From positions 49,600,001-49,664,000 of the forward strand of contig CM060734.1 of NCBI GenBank assembly GCA_030704615.1: DNA of 64,000 nucleotides, given 5' to 3'. The position numbers and the translations under genes were made by a program. The notes beneath the pieces were generated by a model. It was not told the origin of the DNA. It searched no databases and saw nothing but the letters and a program-made list of their open reading frames with translations. Positions 25,893-37,098 of the stretch are shown here, one piece after another; the stretch's first letter is position 1; the number at the start of each line of letters is the position of its first letter. The stretch comes from Takakia lepidozioides. Taxonomy: Eukaryota > Plantae > Bryophyta.

Positions 25893-26776
25893 ATCCATGT
25901 ATCGTTGTTAGAGTACAACAATAAATAAACGCCACATATGGTACGATACCTAGTCATTTTATTGCAATCAGTATACATGTTTCCCCCCTGGCTTCAAAGC
26001 TACGCTAAAATTGGATATGTATCATCCAAAATGCTCTCCTCTTTGTCAATAGAAGATGTGTACAAGCCAACAACTTTAAAATCTTACATGTTTGTTGATC
26101 AAATTTCAATGAAGAGCATACTGATTCCATGACATGGTTATAATATTATTTTCTACATAGGGAAGAGTACAGATGTCCTTTTTTCATAAAGATATAACTA
26201 TGAGCAAAAGGTTATCATATCATATATCAAACATAAACATATCACGGGGTGGTTTTCCCACTGTAAGCCATCATGGCGGTTGGTTTTCCACCTCCTGCAA
26301 TGGATTTTGGGGCTATGTTCTCCTTTTCTCCCCCTTCCCCCAACAAAAAAAAAGCGAAAAAAACCAAAAAATATTAAGACAATGTAGTAAATATGACTTA
26401 TTATCCAAACTTTGATAGACATAGTAATCAGCTAAACCTTTGGTTTTTGAAACCACGATTTGAAGCTATTAGATGCAAATTAATCGACACATGTTTCTTC
26501 TCAAGTCAGTGCGAAATGTTGGTAGACAAGTTTTTATTGTGACAAAATCAGACATCATTACATATAGATCGTCTACTCAACATAACATGCTTATTCAACA
26601 GATATTAATAAATTGGTCTACCTCCTAAATATTCATATTCATGTAAAAAACATAGCCTAGTCATTTAGAGTATATATTTGTGTTATCTCTAATCTCACAC
26701 TGAATATCATATTCACACATGAAAAAGAACCTGGCCAATTATACTATATAGTAATTTACAGTTGGCAGCTACCATC

Positions 26777-27241
26777 CTATGGACCATTTCCAGTTTCAGA
26801 GCACCATGAGGTTTGATATTTAGTTTTACCATCCGATGGATCAAAGAAGCCCTCTGTACAAACCATACACATGTTTCTAGTATTAGATAGCTCAAGTGTA
26901 TATTGCTGAGTGCCACACGGTATTTTACCATATGACTGGGAGTCCCAAAGCAGTTGATTTGACCCATTATAAACCACAAGATTTCCATCGTCTTGCACAG
27001 CCATGTAACAATTGGAACCGCCACCATAAGTGTTGGAGGCCCATATGGATTTCGTATCGCCGTGAGTGTCATACAACACCAAATTACAGTAAAATTGCAT
27101 GTACAAATAATAGTGTCCGGAAAAAATTGCATATCCTGATTGCATCGTCCATGATCCTTCCACTGGAAGCATAAGGAGTAATGTCATAATTGTTAGAATC
27201 ATCCCCATGACTTTGCCCATACCAACACTAAGAGTCTTCAT
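26777..27241 (-). CDS. Secreted GNA-related (bulb-type, mannose-binding) lectin, 154 aa, intronless
   Basis: Hydrophobic signal peptide ending VEGS. Motifs MQFYCNLVLY, IWASNT and QDDGNLVVY (canonical QxDxNxVxY). TATA-like TATAAATA on the minus strand at about 27370-27378. Confidence 0.88.
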   Translation of the reverse strand: MKTLSVGMGKVMGMILTIMTLLLMLPVEGSWTMQSGYAIFSGHYYLYMQFYCNLVLYDTHGDTKSIWASNTYGGGSNCYMAVQDDGNLVVYNGSNQLLWDSQSYGKIPCGTQQYTLELSNTRNMCMVCTEGFFDPSDGKTKYQTSWCSETGNGP

Positions 27242-27720
27242 ATTTTGAAGTGCTAGAATGATGTAATCTAACGTCTATTGGTCGAGGTCCAATGAGCATA
27301 TGATTGTAGAATTACTAGCTGAGAGCAAACCACTTTTGAGTATTGACAAGGTCTCACAATGCTTACGATATTTATACCTTGAATCCCTTCTCAAGGCTGG
27401 TTTTTTAGTATAATCTAGAACAACAATTCATGATACAACAAGAAATGTCAGAATATTTCAATGTCATGTTAATTTTAGAAGACGCAAATAATAGTATTGT
27501 ACATAGTAAACAGAAAGCTCAAGGATATTGGTATGACCAAGAAATATGTTAATTTTGTAAACCTGATAAAGACATTGTCCACGACTCCCCCTTAATCTGT
27601 CAGGGCCCTCGGCGGTAAAAAATCTACGCCCACAACGGCCGAGGAGTATAATATTTAGGTCTTTCCCAAGTCTTTCAGGAATAAAACGTCATATACTCCC
27701 CACGGTGGATTTTCAGGTGG

Positions 27721-30248
27721 TTCCCCACAGACAAGGATCTGCTTCCCGTTCAATACATTGGCCTCATCCCCAATGATCGCCTAGCGTGGCTTTGGCATAA
27801 ATACTCTACTCCTAACCCACAGGCATCTCAGATACTGCCACACAGACAAGATTTCGCTTCTGAAATTTGCTGGCTATTAGACCGCTACCTTAAGGATATC
27901 CCCTCCAAGAATCCTCTCGTCCAATCCAAGCTAACTCAAGCACACACTCACAATACTATCCCCAGAGAGTTGTCTAACCTGCTTATCTCCTCCTTTCAAC
28001 TTACTCTCTCCTACTACTCTAGCCCACTCACATGCCCAATGGAATTTGCCTTATATGATAGCCCACACCATAGGGACTACATCTTTGGCGCCATTGGTCT
28101 AGCCACCTAGCACAGATGGTCCGGTCGTGGCTTTGCTCATCCTGCTAACTCCCATATACAAGAAGCCCTCCAATGGGCTCGCACTGCTGCCCACTCCTCC
28201 CCCTCTGCCTGTACTATTTTCCTATTTACACAGCAAAGGCCTCCAGACAACCCCCACCCCCTCCTACAACTCCTCCATGACGTCACCCTCCTAGCCACCT
28301 TTGAACCTAACCAGCTCCTATACACGCACAATACCCATTTCCCCAAATATCTCCGACGCGTAGAACCCACCACTACGTCACTACTACTCGTCCAACACAC
28401 CCATCCTACCTCCATGCCAATTACCCTCCCCTCTAACTTACACCATTTACTGGTACGCACATGGAGGATGAAAGTATCCATTACCCCCAACACACTCCAT
28501 CTCCCATCTACATCTTGTTCCTCACCCACCCTCTTTCCCAGAGTCAACCCAAGCAAGGCCTAGATAAGGGCGCTGCCACGCCCTCCTCCTGCCCCTCTCT
28601 CGCCCCCTACTGACCCACCGGTCTCATATCTACGTATGCCGCTCAAATTCTCTCCCTCACACTCCCACTATACAGATGGCTCCCAATCCGGCTCTAACGT
28701 TGGCTACGGTGTCTATCACGTTGCTAATAACCATGGGGTAGCACTTAGACTCCCAGGCCCAGCCATTATACTATACGCTGAGCTTATGGCAACCCTTGAA
28801 GCACTCTCCAAGATGCCCTCCTTCTCCTCCCTATACTACATTTTCACATACAGCCTTACCTCACTATTTCTCCTTCGCAACCACCTTTCAAGCCCCTCCT
28901 GCCACCTTCATCACCCAGACCGGAACCTCATTGCAGCTATCATCCACCGGGCAGCTTCCATTAATCATCCCATACACTTCCTCAAAGTGCGCTCCCACAC
29001 TGGCATCACCGGTAATGAAAACTCAGACCTCCTCGCCCAGGCAGGGACCGCCCAACCCCCACTAACTCCCACAGCCAACCCCATTCATATCGCCCACACT
29101 CACCCATTCTGGCTAATTTACCCAATACCAAGACCCCCTACTACCAAGCCCATACGTAACCTAAAAATCCACTCTCACACGTGAAGCCCACAAACAAGCC
29201 TCAGCCTCTACCAGCCATACCAAAGCCCATATCCAAAAATGGACACAGTCCACAGTTCTTCACCACAAATTGTCAAACTACTTCTAGCACACAAATATTG
29301 TCACCGACGCGCAACTCCGACAAACACTCAAATTTCGATACGCCCAATACATCAAACACCAACGCAAACACAACTTCTGGCCACGCCAATTCCCATCCCC
29401 CAACTGCCCATTATGCTCACATACACATATAGTACGTGACACCTGGCCCCACTTCCTCAGTCAATGTACTCACCCAATTATACATGGTCTCCGTGTTACT
29501 CGCCATAATCACGCAATGTGGCACATCCATAAACTTCTCATGTCCAGATCAGAAATCAGATGGTTCTCACTCATAATGCTGATACCTATCAAGGCAGACC
29601 CCCTGACCACACAGTCCTCACTAGCTACTCCCTTGTAATTGTCTTCATTCACACTGTACATGTCCTTCTCGCCTCTGCCCGGACATCCTACTTGTCCACG
29701 ACTTATCTATCAATGCCCCCCTACCCATTTCCCCCTCCCCGGAGCTAATAATTCACATATTGTCACGACCGATACCCAGCCCCCTCCACCCTAGAAAAAT
29801 GACAAAAATATGCCCCCCTCATCCTCGCCATCCGCCAACGTGGGTGGCGCACCGGCCCCCTATCAGTTATCACAACCGGTACTAAAGGTGGGATTCATAC
29901 CGCCAGCATAAACACGTTACACGACAATCTTAAAATCCCTATCCCCCCGATCCACAAATGCTTTAAAGCCATCCACCTCACTGCGTTCCGCTCCCTCACT
30001 GCCATCATCTCCAATAAGTGACAACTCGAGTCCAACCCCTCTTCGGCGCCCCAGGGTACTCGGGGGTACCACTAGGTACCATAGGTACCCTCGGTACCAC
30101 TACCGTATTTACTACCTCCTCCTAGTTACTCGGTGTCCCCTGGACACCTGTTCTTTTTATAGGGCCGACCCCCGAAAGGAGGCAGTAGCTGTAAGATGAA
30201 GTGGCTCTTAGTTACACCGGCCTTGGCCGGAGTCTTCTCTCTCTCTCT
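27721..30248 (+). mobile_element. 5'-truncated Dualen/RandI-like LINE: PCIF1-like domain, RNase H, CCHC, restriction-like endonuclease, structured 3' UTR and (CT)n tail
   Basis: RNase H YTDGS...AEL...KVRSHTGITGNENSD (28636-29184). CPLC...HFLSQC followed by RHN. REL motifs RLCPDILLV, FTYCHDRY and K*QKYAPL...RGW. Ends in TCTTCTCTCTCTCTCT. Contains stops and frameshifts. Confidence 0.85.
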
Positions 30249-30310
30249 AGATGTCAAAATGAGAGAGACTATCCAATTTTAGTATGCACAATGCGTGCAA
30301 GGCACTCAAC

Positions 30311-31435
30311 AGAAGAAGAAGAAGAAGAATAAGAGAAGAGACTCCGGCTGAGGCCGGCGTAACTAAGAGTCACTTCGCCTTGTGGTTACTGCTGATTTTC
30401 AGGGTGGGCCCAAGTAGTCACTACAACAGATCGCGGTATTTATGATTGTATATATGACTATTCTGTAGTCATAAATGGTACATATGACTTCTATGACTGT
30501 AAGTCGTGCAAACCAAATGAATACAATGAGGACAGGATGGTACGGTCCGGATGACTACTGTCAGATGAACCAAGTGATATCTCTCACTGCAGTCATATAT
30601 ACCATACTGCAGTCGTCGCTGCCGCGCTACGAGGCGAGGCATAATTGATTAAAAAAATTAAATTATTAAAACTCAAAAATTAAAAACATATGACAGACGC
30701 CGCGTCGCACCGCATTGTGCCACGTGGCATAATGCATTTTATAGTAATGACAAAACCACGTGGCAGCCCATCTAGGGTACCACGTGCTATCCCTCGCTTG
30801 CCTACTAACCCTAGGGCTATCTTATCCATTTGATTGTACTTAGAGGAGTTTGAACCTACAACCTCTTTACTATAAGAGTTATAGTTCACTACCTGCTAAC
30901 CAATACACCCATTAGTCATTCATGTGATCATATGGTGTTTTAATTGTATTATACACATCAAATTACAAAATCCCCAGTAGTCATCATGACTATGTAACGT
31001 CATCCATGTACACTGTAGTCATGGAAATGACTATGAATGGTGAACTAAATCTGGTCAATTGCCGTTGACCAGCCTTCCGCCCATTCCGGAGCCATGTAAT
31101 CATACAGACGACTACTTAGATAGTCATTCATATGACTACAGTCGTATGAACGACTGCGGGAGGTCAATTTCATATAAAAACATTGTGCAGTCATGGTCAA
31201 AGTCAAGAAAAAACCATGACTACCACGGTTTGGCAGTCATAACTACCGCGATCTATTGTAGTGAGTGTTGATATGAATGTGAGGAAGGGCGAGTGGGTAG
31301 GGAATGTTGCGTGCATTTGTGAGTTGTGCTTGAGAAACATGTTGCTGGTGAGTGTGTGTTAGGTAGTTAATGTTGGTACGTTTATGGAACGTAGTAAGGA
31401 GGGCGAGGTTGTGGATGGGGTCACAGTCATCGTGT
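30311..31435 (-). mobile_element. Second 3'-end fragment of the same LINE family, tail-to-tail with the first and interrupted by a CACTA element
   Basis: The reverse complement of 30311-30411 matches the 3' end at 30162-30248 and ends in a (TTC)n tail. C/A-rich LINE-like sequence resumes at 31267-31435. Confidence 0.7.
30419..31263. mobile_element. Non-autonomous CACTA (En/Spm) element, 845 bp
   Basis: TIRs CACTACAACAGATCGCGGTA and TACCGCGATCTATTGTAGTG (19/20). 3-bp TSD AGT on both sides. ATGACTA subterminal repeats. Confidence 0.95.
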
Positions 31436-31660
31436 GAACCAAAAAGATCGTCCTCAATTTGCCAACCGGCCTATTTGCAAAAGTAGTACGTATCCAGATA
31501 TGTACTAGCGCCGAACACGTCAATTGATGTCTGGGTTGACCCCAAGAATGTCTTCAAGAATGAAGACGATGGAGTTGTTATGATTGACACTAAAAGTTGG
31601 AAAACACGGCAAGGGGAAAGGGAGGATTATGTACACATCGGTGATGTAAAAAGTAGGGGA

Positions 31661-33560
31661 TGTCACGAACATAGCCCAGAAGAACTTACCAGGAGTAAAT
31701 ACCAGAAGTTACCAAGTTATCGAAAGTTACCATAATTCATCATAATTTATCATGATCTACTATGAGTTACCATTAATTACCAAGTTACCGGGAGTTTACC
31801 AAAAGCTTTCTTTGGAGGAAATTTCTCCATCAAGATACCTCATTTGTTTAAGGAAACTTCTCCATCAAGAAACCTTTGTTTAAGGAAACTTCTCCATCAA
31901 GAAACTTTTGTTTAACCTTGGAAACTTCTCTATAAAAAAACCTCCATTGGGAAAGCTTCCTAGGGAATTTCCTAGGGAACTTCCTAGTAGCCCGTATATA
32001 TAGGAGGCAAGATTGGACACTCTTCAGTCTCGCCAACACAAGTTCAAACTACTTTTGTTTCCAGTCCCAGTACTCCAGTTCAGCTTCCAATACTCTAGCA
32101 TAGTTTCCAGTGTCTGGCACTCTAGTCCAGTTTCCAACATTCCAGTATTCAAGTCAAGTTCCATTATCTTGTACTCTTGTCCATTGTTATAAAGATCATC
32201 TTGATTCATGTTTACTCAACATGCATTCGGCCACGCTGACCTTGACTTCTTGTCTAGTCTTGTACCTCTAGTCTAATCTCTTGTTTGTGTTCAATTATGT
32301 TATTGTCCTTGACAGTTTAGCGAGACTAAAGTTTGTCCCTTATGTCAAGGACGAGAACATGACTGAACACAAACAAGATATCAAACTAGAGGTACAAGAC
32401 TAGGCAAGAAGTCAAGGTCGACGTGGCCGTATGCACGATGAGTAAATAGAAATCAAGGCGATCTTTACAACAATGAACAAGGGTACAAGATATTGGAACA
32501 CGACTTGAATACTGGAATGCTGGAAACTGGACTGGAGTACCAAATACTGAAAACTGGGCTAGGGTATTGGGAACTGGACTGGAGTACTGGGAACTGGAAA
32601 CAAGAGTAGCTTGAACTGGTGTTGGCGAGACTGAAGAGTGTCCAGTCTCGCCTCCTATATATACTAGCTACTAAGAAGCTTCCCTAAGAAGCTTCTCATA
32701 TGGAGGTTGCTTGTTGGAGAAGTTTCCAAGATTAAACAAAGGTTTCTTGATGGAGAAGCTTCCTTAAACAAATGGGATATCTTGATGGAGAAGTTTCCTT
32801 AAAATGAAGCTTCATGAGCAGTTTCCCAAGTTACTCTTGGTAATTTGATAAACTCCCGGTAACTTTGTAAGTAATGGTAAATCACAGTAAATCATGATAA
32901 CTTTCGGTAACATGGTAATTTGATAAACTTCTGGTATTTACTCCTGGTAAGTTCATCTAGACTATGTCCATGACATCTTAGTTAGTTAAGATGGAAGGCA
33001 CGTTTGCGGAAATGGTCGCCACCTTGCAGAGTCTCCAGCTCCAGATGCAAGAACTTCGCACCTCTACTATCCAACTATAAGCCGATCAGTCTCAAGATCT
33101 TGGCAACGCTCTCAACAATCTGCAACAACAAATTTCAGAGTTGAAGGAGTCGAACGATGGATCTTCAACCATACGAGTCCCTACTGCAACAATTCTTACT
33201 GCAACGGTTCCTCTTCAATAGATTACGAGAGAACCAAAGATCAACATGCCCAAGAAATTTGGTGGGATGAGATCAAGATTTCGCGGGTTTGTTCAACAAG
33301 TACGATTGTTCCTATGACTACATCCATAACGCTACCCCGATGAAGGTATTCAAGTGAGATTTGTGGGCACCCTTCTATCAGGCACTGCCCTATCTTGGTT
33401 TATACCGTTATTAGAAAAAAATTCGCATTTACTATACAATTTTGAAATGTTCATGTCCGAGTTCACTGCAACGTTTGGAGAGAATGATAGAGAGAGAGTT
33501 GCAGAGACAAAGATGCGAAATCTTCGACAAGGAGCACGAACCTCACAAGTGGTTTGATAT
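31661..33560 (+). mobile_element. Truncated Tcn1/Tf1-like gypsy element: LTR (31661-32314), self-priming PBS and gag remnant (32991-33560)
   Basis: LTR TGTCACG...CCTTGACA with a TATATATA box. Gag REPKINMPKKFGG...RFVGTLLSGTALSWF...LRQG, with stops. Confidence 0.85.
32343..32975 (-). mobile_element. Solo LTR of the same family, inserted in inverted orientation 28 bp downstream of the LTR
   Basis: The reverse complement is colinear with 31661-32314 over its length. TG...CA ends. Near-TSD CCTTA/TCTTA. Confidence 0.9.
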
Positions 33561-35632
33561 GTCGAAGACTTATTCGAAGCCCCTTGGAGGGCAGAGAGGT
33601 CGGCGCCCAACGAAGAACTCGGTATCATCTTCATTAACACAAACCCAATCCTTGTCCAACTGGATAAGGCCAAAGAATGTGATTTTTGATCGGATTTGGA
33701 AATTGAGTCCTTGACGCAATGAATTGAGTCTTTGACGCAATGATTCTTGCAAGGATTTTGCAAGCACAACCTATAGGAATCATTGCATCACCTTCAATTT
33801 CGAGATTTAGAAGTAGTTCTGTGAGTGACATGAGGTCTCATCATTCATGTGCTAGGCTGCCTCAGATTTTCTTTGTGATCAAAAAACGGATTTATGCCAA
33901 AAAGCGATATTTATTAAACACTTACAATAAAATTAATGAAATCATTTTAGTTTGTTGTTATGATAAATTTTTATTGGTTATATATATATAATTATTATTT
34001 ATAGATTTTTGAATGTCTAGATTTACCTAAAACTGAATTCAAACCTATTAATTTTTTTCAAAAAATGTCAAATGACTATAATTTGATGATTTGAGTCCAT
34101 AATTTCGACTAAACTTGACCAATATACACCTAAAACTCGGGTGCAAAAAAGAAGTAATAAGAAGAAATACATAGATTCAAAGATTTCAAAGAAAAAATAC
34201 ATATATGTTTTCACGAACTACAACACATTTGTTTTTTAAAGAAGGGATCGGACCGAAAAATCATTATTATTTTTCAATTTGAATTACAACCTAATTGGTT
34301 CAAAAAATATCATTATCATCATGGTCTTTAAATTTTAATATTATCATAATTTTAACTGAAAATTCAGGTAATTATTCTTTATATGGAATATAATTATAAT
34401 AAATATTTACCTAAATATCATCTAATATACTCAAAGCCTTCAATTTCTGCACATTGTTTCAACCACAAAAACTATTGTGAGATTGCAAAACATTATAAGC
34501 TGTTTCTTATGATAAAATCATAAAGACTACATTGTAACATAAAGTAATGAAACTACCTTCAAGAATTGATGAGGAGTATCCAGATTTGTGGAGCCTGTGA
34601 ACTACCCGTAACTATCAAACCAACCAACCAGCTAATCATGATTAGAATTGTAAAATGATATCAATTATTCCAATTATTTAAAAAAAATACAAGTGTTTAA
34701 TCTTATGATAATGTACAACTTACAGATCTTTTATTTGCTGATGGCATATTTACATAAATTATTAACATGACATTATATAATGAAACTGGATTATCTTAAT
34801 GTTTTGACTTGCATTACAAATGGTTCATCAAATAAAACAATAAGTACAAGATGTAGGACATCACCTCAGAACGAGTAATACCACCACCAACAAAAATAAA
34901 TATCCGTTTTCCAATTAATTTTGGCTTATTTTCAGTAGTAACATTCGTTCTCAGACCTGAACCACTGTGGAGGCAAATAAACACACATATATCATATAAT
35001 AAGACCATATCTCATAAACGTCATTAAATATATTTCTAATTCCAAATTTATAATAATAATAATAATAATAATACCACATAGCCACAGTAAGACAATCAAC
35101 ACAAATTTGACATTAAAATTTAAATTGATACAGACCTTTTATTGTCGTGAGATATTGCCCCGCCTTTGGAGGCCCAAATTTGTGCACCAGGGCCCCTTGG
35201 GGTAGTCCGCACAGAATGTGCAATTTTAGAAGTAGAAATTGCTGAAGGGTGCACTTGAAATGAATCGACTATAGTTGATGGTTCTCGTAGAAATGGATAT
35301 TCCTCTCTTGAAAGGGCTCCTTTTCCTAAATCCTCCACAAGATCCTGTTTTCTCTCATATATAGTGAGAAAAATTACATCAAGTTTTGAAAAAACAGCCA
35401 CTAATCCCAACTTTAGCACTACATAATTTCATTGTTTTTTTTTAATACAAAAATATGGACATTGTGAAAACTTTTTAGCTTTGGATGGAGTGATTTATAC
35501 TGTGATGAGTTAGTGTAAATTTGCAAAAAATAGCAAAGTGGATATATCAATATATGAAGCCTCGATAGGGGAGATTGCAAAAATAGCAAATTGGGCTTTG
35601 TTGGAACAATAAAGTGGAGATCTTTCAAACAA

Positions 35633-36005
35633 GAGGGTCTCTGGATACATTGGGGATTGCACTTGGACTTAGATGACACTGGACACTTGGGCCAACGGCA
35701 CAGGCTACCCTAGAGGTTGTATTTGGGCCTCGACATAGGAGATGCACTTTGATACATAGAGGATTGCACTTGGACTTAGATGACACTTGACACTGGAGGT
35801 CTGTACTTGGGCCTCCACATGGGAGAAGCATTTGGATACATAGGAGAATCATGCACTTGGGCTTAGGTTTCAATTCTTTCACACATGGGCAATGACACAG
35901 GCTACCCTAGGATCTCCCAAACATGAGGGTCTCTAGATACATAGGGGATTGCATTTGGACTTAGATGGCATTGGACACTTGGGCCAACGGCACATGCTAC
36001 CCTTA
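35633..36005. repeat. Intronic mosaic tandem repeat (unit up to about 80 bp)
   Basis: GATACAT(A/T)G(A/G)GGATTGCA(C/T)TTGGACTTAGATG recurs three times with a fourth degenerate copy. CTTGGGCCAACGGCACA(G/T)GCTACCCT occurs twice. The repeat runs up to the exon 17 donor site. Confidence 0.8.
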
Positions 36006-36792
36006 GTATACCTGAATTAAAGGATAAAATCGTGAAAGTTGCCAAGTTTCAGCATCTTGAATTTTTTCTTGTCTAAGGGGTCTTGTGCTCTATATAAATA
36101 AACACTTACAATTCAGCTTTTAATGTTTTTCGATAATATTGTCATTTCTTCAAAATATAAGTTTCAAAATTGAGAGAAAAATTCATATTTTAATTTAAAC
36201 ACGATGTTATGATTTTTGGTTGGAATTCACATACGACATGTTATATATCAGTATTATATATGTATATAAACTATTGTACAACTTAATCATTTATTATTTA
36301 CTAGTAAAATCATAAAATTTTGAAGCTCCATAATAACAAAATATATCTATCAACCTAGCAGTCCCAATGACATTTTGAAACCTAGCGGCCTTAACAATGG
36401 CATACAGCTTATATGCGCTAATAGTATAATATATATTATAATTATAAATATTACTTAATGACATGTATTACCTTACTTCAAGACCAATATAAATATTGGA
36501 TGTCACATATTACCTTCTTGGTGCGGAATTTGAGAGAATACCCTCTTTTAAGTTTTTTAGACACTGAAACTCCGAGAAACTCTAAATTGTTAATCCCATT
36601 CAAGTCCTCGCCACTTAACCTTGCCAACTGCATCATATCATCAGGCGGTATATATATATATATATATATATATAATCCAGCCCCATATGAGACCAACAAG
36701 TAATTTATATCTTGTAGGACATGCTTTCACTGTAAGTAATGTTGTTGGAACAAAACCTTGGCCTAATTTACATATCAACCATAGCTTATCTT

Positions 36793-36882
36793 CCCACCCT
36801 GAAGGGGTACACAGTAGCCCGCAAAGTGAACTGACTTTTAGTTACACCGGCTTTGGCGGATTCTTCTTTCTCCTCTCTCTCT
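36793..36882 (+). mobile_element. Short copy of the Dualen-like LINE 3' end (SINE-like)
   Basis: CCCACCCTGAAGGGG...CAGTAGCCCGCAAAGTGAACTGACTTTTAGTTACACCGGCTTTGGCGGA plus a CT-rich tail. Matches 30162-30248. Confidence 0.75.
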
Positions 36883-37015
36883 ATTTTACTTTCGTGCTCT
36901 CTACGTCACCGCCATTAGATACCTCATTGTACTCATCCTCAAAAAACGTAAGATAGAAAGCAAGTTGTTGTTTTTGAATCAAAACCCAAATATGTGTGTG
37001 TGTCTATATATATAT

Positions 37016-37098
37016 CCCACCCCTAAAAGAGACCGGTACCCGGAAGGGAAAGAGACTTTCATTACGCTAATTCGGTCGGCATTGTCGTCTCTCTCTCA
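37016..37098 (+). mobile_element. Diverged short copy of the Dualen-like LINE 3' end
   Basis: CCCACCCCTAAAAGAG...GGTACCCGGAAGGGAAAGAGACTTTCATTACG plus a (CT)n tail. Confidence 0.55.

Larger units (their letters stand above)
19600..25920 (+). mobile_element. Decayed Ty1/copia LTR retrotransposon, 5' truncated, with two nested insertions
   Basis: Gag knuckle CWNCGKTGHW, protease-like DSGC, WHRRLAH, integrase LIHTDLCGP and YTPEQNGAAER, RT CKWVYK/RFKARL/YGLKQS/IWVDDG, RNase H YCDADYAG and RTKHID. PPT GAGTGGGAG precedes an LTR starting TG at 25090. Confidence 0.93.

Noticed and set aside
30162-30248. Canonical hammerhead or HDV-like ribozyme
   Set aside because: There is no CUGANGA core. GGCGAA resembles HDV J4/2, but no upstream P2 partner or P3/L3 pseudoknot is visible. 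Kept only as an unclassified structured RNA.
35633-36005. CRISPR-like array
   Set aside because: This is a eukaryotic intron with irregular degenerate units, no unique constant-length spacers and no cas genes.
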